64,000 nt of DNA, from NCBI RefSeq assembly GCF_009914755.1, contig NC_060925.1; one strand, given 5' to 3'. The number at the start of each line of letters is the position of its first letter. The stretch's first letter is position 1. The notes under the pieces were generated by a model. The model worked only from the letters and a program-made list of their open reading frames with translations, was not told the origin of the DNA and did no database searches. This DNA comes from the human T2T-CHM13v2.0 reference genome, Homo sapiens. A program made the position numbers and the translations under genes. Positions 1-12,420 of the stretch are shown in pieces.

Positions 1-34
1 AACCGCAGTAAGAACCTCCCACAGACTCTAAAAC

Positions 35-208
35 AATGGTTTGCAAGGTGTGGTCTCTCGTGCATCACCTGGGAGCTGGTTAGAAATGCAAAGTCTGGGG
101 CCCCAACCCAGACCTGCCGAATCAGAAACTCTGGAGTTGGGGTCCAGCAATGTTAACAAGCTCTAGGGGATGATTCTGCTCTGCGTCAAACTTTGAGAAC
201 TGGAGCTC
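35..208. mobile_element. MER5A-like hAT-Charlie DNA transposon remnant
   Basis: Contains catcacctgggagctggttagaaatgcaaa...agacctgccgaatcagaaactctgg...aaactttgagaac, typical of MER5A. Confidence 0.75.
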
Positions 209-964
209 TAAAACTATGACCACAGGCACCATGAAGAACATGTTTGCGGATGGAGGAGCGAGAATTGTGGCAAAGCCTAGCCTAGAACCCAGGTATTCTT
301 GACCCATTCTTTTTCCCCAGCTCAGTCCAGGGCACAAAGAAGAGCAGAGTTCGATCATCCTCCCTGTCAGAGTCCTGGAACGGAGACTTGGGAACGTCAG
401 GAGTCTACAAACAGAGGGCGGGGCAGTCCTCTCCGGAGTAGAAGGCGGGGCCAGTGCCCTGAGCCCCGCCCCATCCCGTTGCCCCGGGAAACCCCGGGTT
501 GTAACAATAACCGGTGACGCGCTTCTGGGAGGGATCCTGTCGAGCCCATGGGCAGGACAGTCCAGCCGCGGACCAATGGGAGTGTTAGGGCTCCGCCCCC
601 TAGCCCCCCCGCCTCCGCGCCGAGCAGGGGGCGGGGTCGCGCCAGCCGCTCCGCCCCTGCTCCGTAGGCGGCGCTGTTGCTTGCAGGGGCTGCGGCGGGG
701 TCGCCCCGAGCTGGGAGCTCAGCGCCCGGTCTCCCAGCCCGCGGGCGGGGCACCTGGGCTGGCTGAGGATTCCGCGGCCGCAGGCGAAACGCCCCGCCCC
801 CTCCCGCGTCGGGCCCGCCCCCTCCCCGTCCCCCGCCCATCCCGAGGTGCAGCCGGCGCTGAGCGCGGCAGGCGCGGGAGCTGGCGCTGGAGCCGGAGCG
901 GCGGCGGCGGCAGCATTCACCGGGCGGCGGCGGCGCGGGCTCCGGCACCGGCTCGGGCTCCGGC

Positions 965-1084
965 ATGGTGCAATCCGGCCTCGTCCCGGGAGAGCAGGGC
1001 CCGTGCGCAGGGCCGGCGCCCGGGGAGCGGCGGCAGCGGCGGTGGCGGTGGTGGCTGCAGGCGCAGGCAGGCGGCAGGTGCTAG
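965..1084 (+). other. Candidate uORF1 (39 aa, MVQSGLVPGEQGPCAGPAPGERRQRRWRWWLQAQAGGRC)
   Basis: GGC-ATG-G strong Kozak at 965, TAG at 1082-1084, out of frame with FOXO6. Relevant only if the TSS is upstream of 965. Confidence 0.5.
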
Positions 1085-1207
1085 AAGCGGGGCTGGGCGA
1101 GGTGTGTGCCCGCTGGGCTCCCGGGCCGCCGCCCCCTCACTGCCCAGGTCTTTCCCTCCCTTCGTGCTCCCCAGCGCGTCCAGCCCCCTGCCTCCGCGCC
1201 TCGGCCC

Positions 1208-1225
1208 ATGGCGCCCCGCGGCTGA
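1208..1225 (+). other. Candidate uORF2 (MAPRG*)
   Basis: CCC-ATG-G at 1208, TGA at 1223-1225, 115 nt before the main ATG. Confidence 0.5.
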
Positions 1226-1340
1226 GACAGCGCCGCCAGGGACCCCTCCCGCGGGCCTCCCCGGGGCGTGCAGATCCCGGAGCCGCCCGCCCACCCTCCG
1301 CGAAGCCTCCCTCCCCTCCTCGCCCGAGCCGGGCGGGACC

Positions 1341-1754
1341 ATGGCTGCGAAGCTGCGAGCGCATCAGGTGGACGTGGACCCGGACTTCGCGCCGCAGAGC
1401 CGGCCGCGCTCGTGTACCTGGCCCCTGCCGCAGCCTGACTTGGCCGGCGACGAGGACGGAGCGCTGGGCGCAGGGGTGGCCGAGGGCGCCGAGGACTGCG
1501 GGCCGGAGCGCCGGGCTACGGCCCCGGCGATGGCCCCAGCGCCGCCCCTGGGCGCGGAGGTCGGACCGCTGCGGAAAGCGAAGAGCTCTCGGCGGAACGC
1601 GTGGGGGAACCTGTCCTACGCCGACCTCATCACCAAAGCCATCGAGAGCGCCCCGGACAAGCGGCTCACGCTCTCGCAGATCTACGACTGGATGGTCCGT
1701 TACGTGCCCTACTTCAAGGATAAAGGCGACAGCAACAGCTCGGCCGGCTGGAAG
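1341..1754 (+). CDS. FOXO6: FOXO6 coding exon 1 (aa 1-138): Akt site RPRSCT (T26) and N-terminal part of the forkhead domain
   Basis: ACC-ATG-G Kozak at 1341. Translation MAAKLRAHQVDVDPDFAPQSRPRSCTWPLP...SRRNAWGNLSYADLITKAIESAPDKRLTLSQIYDWMVRYVPYFKDKGDSNSSAGWK is the FOXO6 N-terminus. Ends at donor AAG|GTGGGG (GT at 1755), the conserved FOXO intron position. Confidence 0.98.
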
Positions 1755-4700
1755 GTGGGGGCGTCCGGCTGGGGAGGGGGCTGGGGACGCCGACTGGGGC
1801 TTCCAGGGGCTGCTAGGTGTGTTGGGCTCCAGGAGGGCCGTCAGAAGGAGGGCTTTTTGGCACCCCCCGGGGTCACAGAGTGTGCGCCCAGGGCGTGGGG
1901 CCGGCCAGCGGACGGGCGGGGGCGTACTGGGAGCAGCTGTGTGCGTGCTCCCTTGCGGGGAGGGATGCGGGGTGGGAGGTCTGGTAGGGTGACAAGGGAC
2001 TGCCGCTTTGAGGCGTCCCCGAGGCACGTCCCCACCCTGTCCTTGGGGGCATAGCAGAGGAACCCATTCCCAGGCCGCGGACATTGGGGAGCCTCCCCCT
2101 CCTCCCCCAAGTCTGCTTTGTGTGACTCTTGTTTTACCCTTTCCACCAGGGCACCCTTCTTAGAGCGCTGGAATAATGACTTGGGGCCAATGCCGGCTTT
2201 CCCTCCCAAATCTCTATCATTGCGCTTCCTGGAGCTGTCCCCAGGGTGAGGAGTGTGACCATGGGCCCACAGTTCTTCTTGTGGTGCCAGAGTTCACCCT
2301 AGGGCACCAACCAGCCTGGAGTGGGGAACTCGGCAGGTGACCTGAGATCTGAGTTCTCCATGGGGTGGCTGCTGCCCCCCTTACCTAGATCAGGATGGGG
2401 GTCACTGGTGATGGCCCCTGCTGGTGTGAGGACAGGGTGTTGAGAGCTGGGGATCTGTCCATACCCACCCAGGATGCTTTTTTCCACTTCCCTAGCTGTC
2501 GGAGCCCAGATCCATTTAGGGGCTGGGGGAGGGGCAGGGTACCCCAGGGAGGCCTCAGTGCCAGCCAGTGGAAAGGGGGGAGCCACCTTAGGAGGGGACA
2601 GGGGCTTGCTTGGATTGTGGCCTCTCGACCCAGCTCCTCCCCTGGCCATCTTGTTGGAGAGTGGGGATAGTCTATGCCTTTGGGGGAGAGGAGGCTGGAG
2701 ACCCCTCCTGTGCCTAGGAGGCGAACTGTCAGCCTCCCTATGGGAGGAGTGGCCTCTGTGAGGGAGGCATGCCTATGTCAAGGGAGGGGGCTGTGCCCTG
2801 TGGTGCCTGTGAGCTGGGTCAGAGGAAGGAGGTGTGCCAGTGGAGGAGGGGAGACTTGTGGGCATGAACAGCTCTAGATACCCAGGGGCAGCATTGTAGA
2901 GCCAGGGTATCCTGACCTGGGAGCCCATGGCTCTCAGGGTTAGTGCTGGCAGCTTCTGTCCCTCACCGGCCACTGTGGGGCAGGAACACAGGCTGGAGGA
3001 GTAGACCTGGGTCTCTTTCCGCATCCCCTCTCCCATCCCCTTGGGCTCAACCCCCACCAGAACACATTTCCCCCAAGTGTGTCCTGCACTCCCCATGCCC
3101 TGGCTTACTCCTCCCTGTAGATGTATTCACTGTCCTCAAGGGTACAGAGTTCAGATGCCTCCTCCAGGAAGCCTTCCCTAAACCCTTTTTAGCTAGCTTA
3201 GGACTCCCCTTTCTCTGGCCCTCTCCCTGCTGGTAGCAGGTTTTAGTCATTTGTGTTCTGTCTCATTTCCCCTCTCTACCCTGCTTTTGGAAGACAGTGG
3301 CAGTGTCAGAACCATTCTGTGCCCACAGCACCCAGCATACAGTCTTGACACCAAGAAGCCACCAGTGTGTGTCTAGTGAAAGAGTAGGGAACTGAGTGGA
3401 TGGTGCAGGATGCTGAGGCAGGGGACAGTACATTGGGCCAGAGTGGCTGGGAGGGCTTCTTGCAGGACATGTAGCTCCAGCTGGGCTTGCTGCATCAGGC
3501 AGCATGGGGAAAGATGGGAAGAGGGAACATGAGGCTGGAAGTAAGCAGAGAACTGCAGTTCATTGAAGGTCTTGGGGCCAAACACTGTGAGAGGCACCTT
3601 GACACATCTGCCTTTAACGCTCTCAGCAGTCCCTGAGGTGGTTTTACTGTGACCAAATGGTCTCCCTCCAGGGTCTCCAAAGCCGGCATTGGCCCCAGGT
3701 ACAAGGAAGGCCCTGAGGCCCGTATTTAGGAGTGAACTGGTCACACAGTTAGTAGATGGGAAAGCTGGAATCCAGCCTACATGTGTCTCCCTCCAGGGTC
3801 CCCAAGCACCTCTGGAACAGTGTCCTGCTGGCGGGGGGGTGGGGGGGTGGGAGGGACACACTGAAGGCTTTGAATATGGGCAGGTATAAATCCTAAAACG
3901 TGATTGAGAATATGCTTGGAGATAGTTTAGACCCATGAGTTCATTTCCCAGACGGTGAGACTGAGGCCCTGGAAGGGGATAGGAGTCTTGCCACCGGCAT
4001 CACTGAGCAGCAGGCCTTGGATGAGGGCCCAGGCCTCCCGCCTGCCCATTGGATGCGGTTTCCACAGCACCACACTGCTAGGGACACACCGATTCTCCCT
4101 GTGCCTGGGCTCCCAGTCACGGGCTGTGTGTTGGAGAGGGAGCCTAAGGCGTGGGCTCCTGACCTAGGTTTTGGCAGAGACCACCCAGGCACTGGAAAGG
4201 GGCCTGCCTGATGCTGTCCCCTTCCACTTCACCCTCTACCCAGCTCCCCAGCAAGCCTACTTCCCCACTTATTCCTGGAGCTTCCTGCATGGTGCCCTTC
4301 CCCATTCCCAGTCGTTTCCTCCAGAGGCCTGGTGAAAGAGCCGTCCCAGCTCCCAGCCAGGCTCAGGTTGACAGACAGAACACCTCAGGTGCCAGGCCTG
4401 GGGCCAGGGCCCACTGTTCTCTCCTCATTCCCCTCCCCTACAAATATACTGCAATTGAATCCCTGGGGTGTACCAAACCCTGTGTTAGATGGGGCAGGGG
4501 ACCAAAGGAGAAGGCATTAATTGGATCTATTTCAGAATAATCAGGACTTAGCCAGTTCCACACCCAGGCTTGTGTTTTGTAGATAGGAAAGGCTGGGGAT
4601 GGGGGTAGGGAAAGGTAGGGGAAGGGGAGTTAGATACCCTGGGGGAGCCAGGGAGGTCCTCACAGAGGAGGTGGCACTTGGACTGCACTGCCTTCACTGG

Positions 4701-5619
4701 GGAGGGGAGAATTTGGGAGATAGTCTTCCAGGAAGTATTGACTGCATTCCCAAAGGCAGGGAGGTGAAATTGTGCATGTCTGATCTGGGGACAGTTTGGG
4801 TGTGCCAGACTCAAACCAAGGGTGTCCAGGCAAGACAGGGAGGTGGCATGGGAAGGGTGGAATGGGCCAGATCAGGAAGGGATGACATGCTTAGCCTTAT
4901 CCCTGTGGTCACACCTGTGATGCAGGGAGGTGGCTGAGTGGTGCAGGACAGCAATTGGAGAAGACAAGACCAGCAGCAGGCTTGGGGACACCCAGACTAT
5001 GCTGAGGCCTAGAGAGGCTGGGCTCATTGCTGGGAACCCAACCAAAGGGGCTGGTCATGTTCCCCTCCAGGCCTAGGATGGGGGCTTGGATAGGCGGTGC
5101 CTCTACAGCGTCCCAAGACTGAATATCCAGGTAGAGCCTCCTACTTTCTCTCAGATGCTCCAGTCTCACTTTCCCTTGGCCCTGGACTCCTCTGGGAAGC
5201 CTTTCAGGCTGCTCTGAGTTCTGGCACACCTTCCACTTAGTGCCCCTGGAGTTGTTCTGCCTGCTTTTGTGTTTCCTGGCTGCCAGCTCCATTGGGAGCT
5301 CCCAGGCCAGGCCTGGGCGCCTCCCATTCCTGTCCCCAGAAGGAGCACTCTGGATGGGAACTTCCCTTCTCTCCCAGGGGCTGGGGCAGCCTGGGTGATG
5401 AGAGGTGGGATCAGGAGGGGTGGCACCACCCCCATCTGGCCCAGTAAGTTCCAGGTGGGGTGGGGCTGGAAGAGAGGGACTCATCTGAGAGGGTGGGGGC
5501 AGGGTCCTGCTACAGCCCTGAGCAGTGGCTGTCAGCTGAAGCCACCCGCTTCCTCTCCCCCCAGCCTGCTCCAGCAGGGCTCCCTCCTCCTCCTTTGTCC
5601 TCCGGGGATCCCCAGCCCC

Positions 5620-6430
5620 AAGGGCTGATGGGGGTGCGGGAGGAGGCGGTGTGAGCCCCGGTTGGGGGGTGTCCTCACCCCCCTCACTGCATGAGCGGGG
5701 GGCTGGCAGCTGCCCGCCTCCTGGGCACGAGCCCGTGCCAGCCGCTCCTGGCACAGTTGCTGGCACGCCCGGCAGACTCCCACGACCACCTGCTCACACC
5801 CACCCACGAGCGCTGGCGCGCTTCGGGCCCTTCCGGCTTCCCGGGCCTCCCGGCGCCCCTCCCCCGCCGCCGTGCCCAGCCCCCCCACCCCGCTCTGCTC
5901 CCCGCGGACCCCCTCGCTCCCTTCTGGCCCCACGGCGGCCGCCCCCGCCACACCCCCCGCGCAACTTAGGGAGCTGAGGAGGCGGGGCTCAGGGAGGCCC
6001 CTGGGGCAGCCACGCGGCGGGAGAGGAGGGGGCCTGGAGGCAGACAGACCGACAGACAGGGTGAGGGCCCCGCCTGCCACCTGGCGCCGCTCCAGCGGGA
6101 CGATGGCGGGCAGCGCCGTGCCAGGCGGTAATTGCAGACAGACTAATTTAAAGAGATGAGACGGTTATTTTTAACTCGCGTTAAGGTAATGAACGGCGCG
6201 GGGGGTTTGCGGGTTCGAAAGTTCAGCGCCCCCAGCCCCCACTTTCTGCGGGTCTGGGGGGCCCCTCTCTGCACGCCCCGAGGGCTCCAGCCAAGGGACT
6301 GACTAGAGGGAGCAGGGAGGTTGAGGAACTGGAGAGGCCCTGCCAGAGGGGCGGAGGGCTGAGGGGGCCGTGACAGAGGCGCCCGCCGGTCCAGAGCACT
6401 CCCATCAGACCCTCATCGCCACCCAGGCGG
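5620..6430. promoter_or_regulatory. Intronic CpG island with CTCF-like, MEF2 and homeodomain motifs
   Basis: CpG-dense block. CTCF-like GCGCCAGGTGGCAG (minus strand, 6074-6087), MEF2 TTATTTTTAA 6165-6174, several TAAT cores 6129-6192. Confidence 0.7.
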
Positions 6431-7049
6431 GCTGGCACCCCTGTGTTCCAGGTGGGGAAGTGACTTTCCCTGAGGTCGCTACCTGTGAAGTAGTGGACCT
6501 GGGAATTGGACCCCAAGCTCGAGCTTTTTCTGTTCCATTGGGTAGGATTGAGGTGGGGCAGGGGCTGGAGGGAAGGGCTTGTTTTCGACTCTGAAAGGCT
6601 TCAGGGCTTGTTCCCTGCCGCCTACCTTCCCTGTCTTTGAGTGGCAGCTAGTGGTGACCACCACATGGGGTCCTATCTGTGACTTGTAAGGGTTGAGGGG
6701 TAGTCAAGTACTGGGTGGGATGTGGGTGCATCAGCTACAGCAGGGGGAGCCCCTTCCTCACCTCAGTTTCCCTTACCTCCCAGCAGACTCACTAGATCCC
6801 CTTCCCAACTCCCGTTTACCCAGAGTTGGGGGTGCCTCGGAAACAGGAGAGGGTGGGGCTGGGCCTGCCTATGCATTGGTGCCTGCTCCCTCACGTTCAG
6901 ATCAGACTTGGGTTCTCCAAAGAGCTGCAGAGTCCTGGAACCCAGTCTCTGCACCCCTGACTCCTCCCCAGCTCAACCCCCTCTGACACACTCCCAGCGA
7001 CTGGAAACTCACCGTCTCTGGGATTGCCCATTCTGTTGCTAGACAAGTC

Positions 7050-7356
7050 TTTTTTTTTTTTTTTTTTTCTGAGACAAGGTCTCACTCTGTCACCCAGGCT
7101 GGGGTGCAGTGGCAGAGATCACTGCAGCCTCGACCTCCTGGGCTCAAGTGATCCTCCCACCTCGGCCTCCTGAGTGACTAGGACCATGGGCACAGGCCAT
7201 CCCACCTGGGCTAATTTAAAAAAGATGTTTTTGTAGAGACAGGGGTCTTCCCTATGTTGTCCAGGCTGGTCTTGAACTTCTGGGTTCAAAGGATCCACCT
7301 GCCTCAGCCTCCCAAAGTGCTGGGATTACATCGTGGCATGAGCCACCATGCCTGGC
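7050..7356 (-). mobile_element. AluJ
   Basis: Poly-T tail, then reverse Alu with J-type gcagcctcgacctcctgggctcaagtgatcctcc; diverged gctag..agtct target-site duplication (TSD). Confidence 0.9.
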
Positions 7357-8239
7357 TGCTAGGTGAGTCTTAAAGCTTTTAGGACTTATTTCCTTCTCCC
7401 CAGCAGTACCCCATCCCCTTTCAGCATCACACAGGGTTTTCTAGTCCAGCCCTTTGGTGTCATTTGGAGTTAGCTGTGGAGTCAGGAGTAGGTGAGGGGC
7501 TGGACAGAACACCTACCTGTAGGGAACCTGATCCATTGCATGTGTGAGCTGGAGCAAAGTTCTCTCCCATTCTGGTTCTCAGTGTTCTCATCTGTGTCCA
7601 AAGGGCCTTAACTCAGTCTCTTACCGGTTCAGTGCCGTAACTGACAAGCACACTGGTTCTAGGAGCCATGAGGGGTTCATTGGAAAGAGGGCACATAGTA
7701 CTGAGAGGACTTCTCCCAGGTGGACACATGTGAGTACAGGTGTGGGTGGACTTGACTTTGGGACTCCTGTTTAAAGATGCCTGTCCTGTCTGTGGCAGTA
7801 CCCAGGTGGCAGATATGCTCTGGGTACAATGAAAGGAGTGTTTATGGCAGTTCCAGCTGGCCCCCAGAGCAGGCAGATGGGGGTTCAGGGTGTTGGGTGG
7901 GCATGAGCTCAGGCTCTGGGACCTGGGTAGGGTTCTCAGGGGGACAGCTGGATCTGGAGCACCCCCCTTCTCCTGGCACCCTGGTTACCATAGAAACCAA
8001 CTCCTGTTTGGGAGGGTTTGGCTGTTTGCTGCCTCTCCCCACCCCCCAACCCATATGTGGAGGTGGGAGGGGGGCCAGGTGGCGTGTGGGGGAGGGGCCT
8101 CCCACACCCTCCCCCAGGGGCCTCCCTCTTTGCAGAGAGAAACCTTTCTGGTCTCTAAGTGGGGGTGCTTCTTATGGAAAGGAGAAAGAGAGGTAAGAGA
8201 ATTAATGTTTGGGTGCTAGGCAGTCAGTTGGGCAGTTCA

Positions 8240-8420
8240 CATAAATTCTCTCATTTCATCTTCCCTGGATCCCTCTAGGTACACATTAATAACCCCATTT
8301 TGCAGTTGAGGAAACGGAGGCCCGGAAAAATGAGGTCATTTGGCCAAGGCAGCATAGCTGGGACAGGCGGAGCCTGGATTTAGCCGCGGACCCGTCTGTC
8401 TCTGCCACATTTCTGCATCT
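8240..8420 (-). mobile_element. MIR
   Basis: Core ccccattttgcagttgaggaaacggaggc...ggccaaggc. Confidence 0.7.
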
Positions 8421-8699
8421 CCCCATGCTGGTGCTGTCAGCTCCACACGCCAGCCAGCCTTCCTGCCCCCAGGCTCTCCTGCTCCAGAACCCTCCTGGGC
8501 TCCTTGGTTCACCTGGAAGTCAACCAAGTACCCAAACTGCTCTGCTGGGACCCATAGGCCCTCAGCCCACCTTGTCCAGGCCCTGCCCTTCCTCCCACTT
8601 TTCCTGCTTCCTCTGATCTCAGGTCACCCTGGCATCTCCACCTTCACACCTGACACTGGAATTCTCAACCCACACCCCACTGCTGTTGTCACACGGTCA

Positions 8700-8990
8700 C
8701 CAAGGCACCTATTGATTCTCCTTGGCTGATCCCTCGGGATACCCCTCAGAAACTAGGTGGGGTCTTGGGTGGTTTGAACAAAGCCCTACCTTCCAGGTGA
8801 TTCTGGAACGCAACACTTCTGATTGAGAATTCCTGCCTCAAGTCCTTAGTTGTTTGCAAACCTGGCTGATGATCAGAGTCACCTAGAAGCTCTGACAACA
8901 CAGGCTTCCAGTCCCCAGCTCAGATCCTCTATATCAGCATGGGCTCTGGAATCTGTGTATGGCTGGTGACAGGTCATTCTGAACTGATGC
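8700..8990. mobile_element. MER5-family fragments
   Basis: ccaggtgattctgg...tgattgagaat and tcagagtcacctagaagc...ctggaatctgtg motifs. Confidence 0.45.
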
Positions 8991-9436
8991 CTTAGAGGGT
9001 GGTTTCCTCACCTCCTGCCTGTCCCCCTGTCTCTTCCTCCCAGCATGGACCAGCTTCTACTCCAAGCAGGCTGCCCAGGTTGAGGCTACGCCCCTCTTCC
9101 TCACTCCTTCTGGGTCCTCCAGAGTTCTGAACCCCATGCAGTCAGCACCCAGGGACTGGGCCACCACGTCAGCATCATGCAGCCACCCCATGGCTTAGAA
9201 ATCACACTGTATAGGACATGGATGAAGAGAATGGAGCCACAGCCAGGGCTGATATGCTTTGCTACTAGGAGCCTTTGCTGCAGGAGGGAGGGAGGGCTGC
9301 CCTGGGCTCCTGCAGTCCCTTGGCAAGGGGACAGAGAGCCCAGGGCAGCCCCTGGGGACAAGGCCAGAGTCTGTGTGGTTGTAAATACTCAGGAAGCCTC
9401 TCTGGAACTGGAATGGTGAAGAAACTAAAAGTCACA

Positions 9437-9781
<345 letters not shown>

Positions 9782-12229
9782 TCATGTGTATAGCTGCTTA
9801 ATCCAGTCCTGGGGCCTTAGTAGGACACTTAAGGCCTGGCCACCAGCCCTAGTCAACCTTTCCAGCCACCCTCCCATCTTCTGACCCTTGCCCTAGCCAC
9901 ACTGAACTATTCCAGCTCAGGATTCAACCTGCCATGTGCCATTACGTACATTCTTTCATTTAATTTCCCAGCAACCCTGTGAAGCTGGTAGGGTTACTTT
10001 CCCCATTTTGCAGGTGAGGAAACAAAGAATGAGAAAAGTAAGCAGCTTGAACAGTACCCTACTCTAAGTGGCAGAAACGAAACTCTCCAGGACTAACTCC
10101 ACCCTAGCCCAGGGCTCTGACCTTCCTCCCCTCTGCCCCTTCCCCCTCCCAATCATTGTCTCTCTGCTATCCCTTGGAGTTTGGCCCTCAGGCTTCTGGC
10201 CTGGGGAATGGCCCTGGGGTCCCTGGCTCCCATTCCCAGATAGAGAGCACCCTGAAGGTGGGGGCAGACCAGCCTGATGTTCCCCTGGTCTGCAGCCCCC
10301 AGGGCTGAGGCAGCTCCCTCCATTCCGTGATCCAGGGCTACATCCACTGGGTACCTATTATGCAGGGCTGCTGGGTGGGGACTGGACTAGCTCCTTGACC
10401 TTGAGATCCCAGCCTGCAGGGGTCAAGCTAGGGAGATAAAAGGAGGACACTGACTCTGATGCAGGGTAAAACCTGCTCAGGGTCATGATGGAAGGCCAGA
10501 TAATGAGCTGAGTGTTTGGAGGTAGAAGAGGGGAAGGGAGACAAAGCAGACAAAGAGGGTCAAGGCCTCAGGACTGTGTGGGGAGCCGCAGAGGGTCTGG
10601 CTGTGCTTATGTGGGGCCCAGCAGGCGTTGAAACTGGGAAAGCAAGTGAGTGGCCTTGAAGAGCAGCATCCCACGCTCTGGGCTTCTCACTGCGAATTCT
10701 CCATGGGAATGACATGGGCAGAGGTCACTCAAGGGTGCTGTGGGGAGTGGACAGGAGGGAGAGGCTGGCCCAGGTGCCCAGTGTGGGCCTGCTACTGGGG
10801 TCCAGGGGAGAAAATGAGCCTGAGATAGGGCAGAGGCCCAAAGAGTCCCAGATATCAGGCCTGGCATAGGCAGCACCCCTTGGTGCCTTGAGAATCCCTT
10901 AGGTGAGGCCAAGCTGTGTGGTTAGGAGTCTTGGAGGCAAACAGGCGGGCATAGCCTAGCTCTACTTACCCTCTGCGTAGCCTTGGGCAACTGAGCCTCA
11001 GTTTCTTCCTCTATAAAATAGGATAATAATAGGGTCCTTCCTCTAATGCTTCCCTTTCTTGTCCCTGAGACCGAGGTGTCAGATATTCAGGATGTCCAAG
11101 TTCCCTCCTGCCCTTAGGTGGGCCCACTGCTTTCTAGCCTCCAGAGCCTTCTCCATAGCCTTGGATGACAAGCAGGACAGGTTTTAGGCACCCCATTTTC
11201 ACAGATGAAGGACATGTCTTGTTCAAGGTCACCCTTGAACCCAGGACTGCCCGCCCCTGGACATTGGCTCCTCTTTGCCCCACTGGCAAGCTGTGTGACC
11301 TTGGGCATGGCCCTTCCCTCTTTGGCTCTGAGTTCCCCTCCCCCAACACTCTGGGAAGCTGTGAGGCCTCTTCCTTCTCTCTCCTGTCCCCTCCCTCTGT
11401 CCTCAGCTGGCCTCCTCCTCCTCCTCTTGTAACCTGAGCTGGGGCCCTGGGGGAAGGGGCTTGCCCTCTTCCTGAGGCACCTGCCAGCTGAACAGATGTG
11501 CCGAGATGGAGGGCCCCGGGAAGGGATTGAGGGCTCTTAGCCAGACAAGGCTGGGGCCGGGGCTGGGGGAGGCAGTGCTCAGCACACCCTACCCTGGCCT
11601 CTGGCCTCTGCCCCTAGGGCTTACTCTGATCACTTGTTCATTTTCCAGTGGACATTTGAGTGCTCCAACATGTCCTGCAAGGACCTCTCAGTCTCTAGGA
11701 GAAGACAGATGGCAGATGAGGGCTGGTGCCCCGGTCTGGGTGGGCCGCCCTGGGCTCCTGGAGCCCCTTGGCATGGGGACCAAGGGCAGCCCCTGGGGGC
11801 AAGGCCAGTGTCTGTGCGGGTGGCCATGCCCCTGGGAGAGCAGATGGTTCTCTTGGCACCATGCCCACTCTTCCTCTTTCTCCCCCAGGAGCCAGCCTGC
11901 AGGGCTGGGGCACAGCTGCTGGGCCCTCCCCAGAGCTGGGCTCAGGGCAGGGCTGGGTGAGGTCACTGCAGCTGCTCCCAGGGCCTGGGGCAGGGGAGTG
12001 GGGAAGTGCTGCCTGCAGAGGGAGGGAGGGGCTCAGACTGAGAGGGGAGATGGAAAAGTCTGAATGCTTTGCATTTAGGGGTTCTTTTTAATCCCGAATG
12101 AAGGAGGGTCTGTGAAGGGGTTGCTGAACTAGTATGGAGAGTCCCCTTGCCCCTACCCCAGGCTCACGCTGGAGCTTCTGCTTGGCTTTGGCTCCTCTCT
12201 GGAGGTCTCTCAGGGCAGGAGAAAGAGCA

Positions 12230-12420
12230 AGGGCCCTGGGTGTAAATTCCTGCACCACCACTTACACTATGCGACCCTGGGCAAGTCAGTTTGTCTCTTG
12301 GAGCCTCAGTTTCTCATCTGTAAAATGGGGACAATAAACCAACCAGAGGGTTGTTACAAAAATGCAATGAGATAATTTTCGAGTGGCAGCACAGGGCATG
12401 GCATGTGGTCAATGTCTCAG
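12230..12420 (+). mobile_element. MIR
   Basis: gaccctgggcaagtca...gagcctcagtttctcatctgtaaaatggggacaataa. Confidence 0.8.

Larger units (their letters stand above)
400..2090 (+). promoter_or_regulatory. CpG-island promoter and 5' region of FOXO6
   Basis: Very high GC and CpG density. CCAAT box 573-577, GC boxes (~592-598, 627-636, ~795-800), half-CRE TGACG ~515, no TATA box. Confidence 0.9.

Noticed and set aside
397-2209. Long alternative-frame and antisense ORFs over the promoter and exon 1 (e.g. 847-1992, 1137-2084)
   Set aside because: Expected in extremely GC-rich DNA. Low-complexity Arg/Gly/Pro/Ala translations, mostly non-ATG starts, no recognisable domains.
4909-6159. ORFs over the intronic CpG island, and ATG 6103 as an alternative coding first exon
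   Set aside because: The nearest donor (GT at 6128) is phase 1, out of frame with exon 2, and the ORF stops at 6159.
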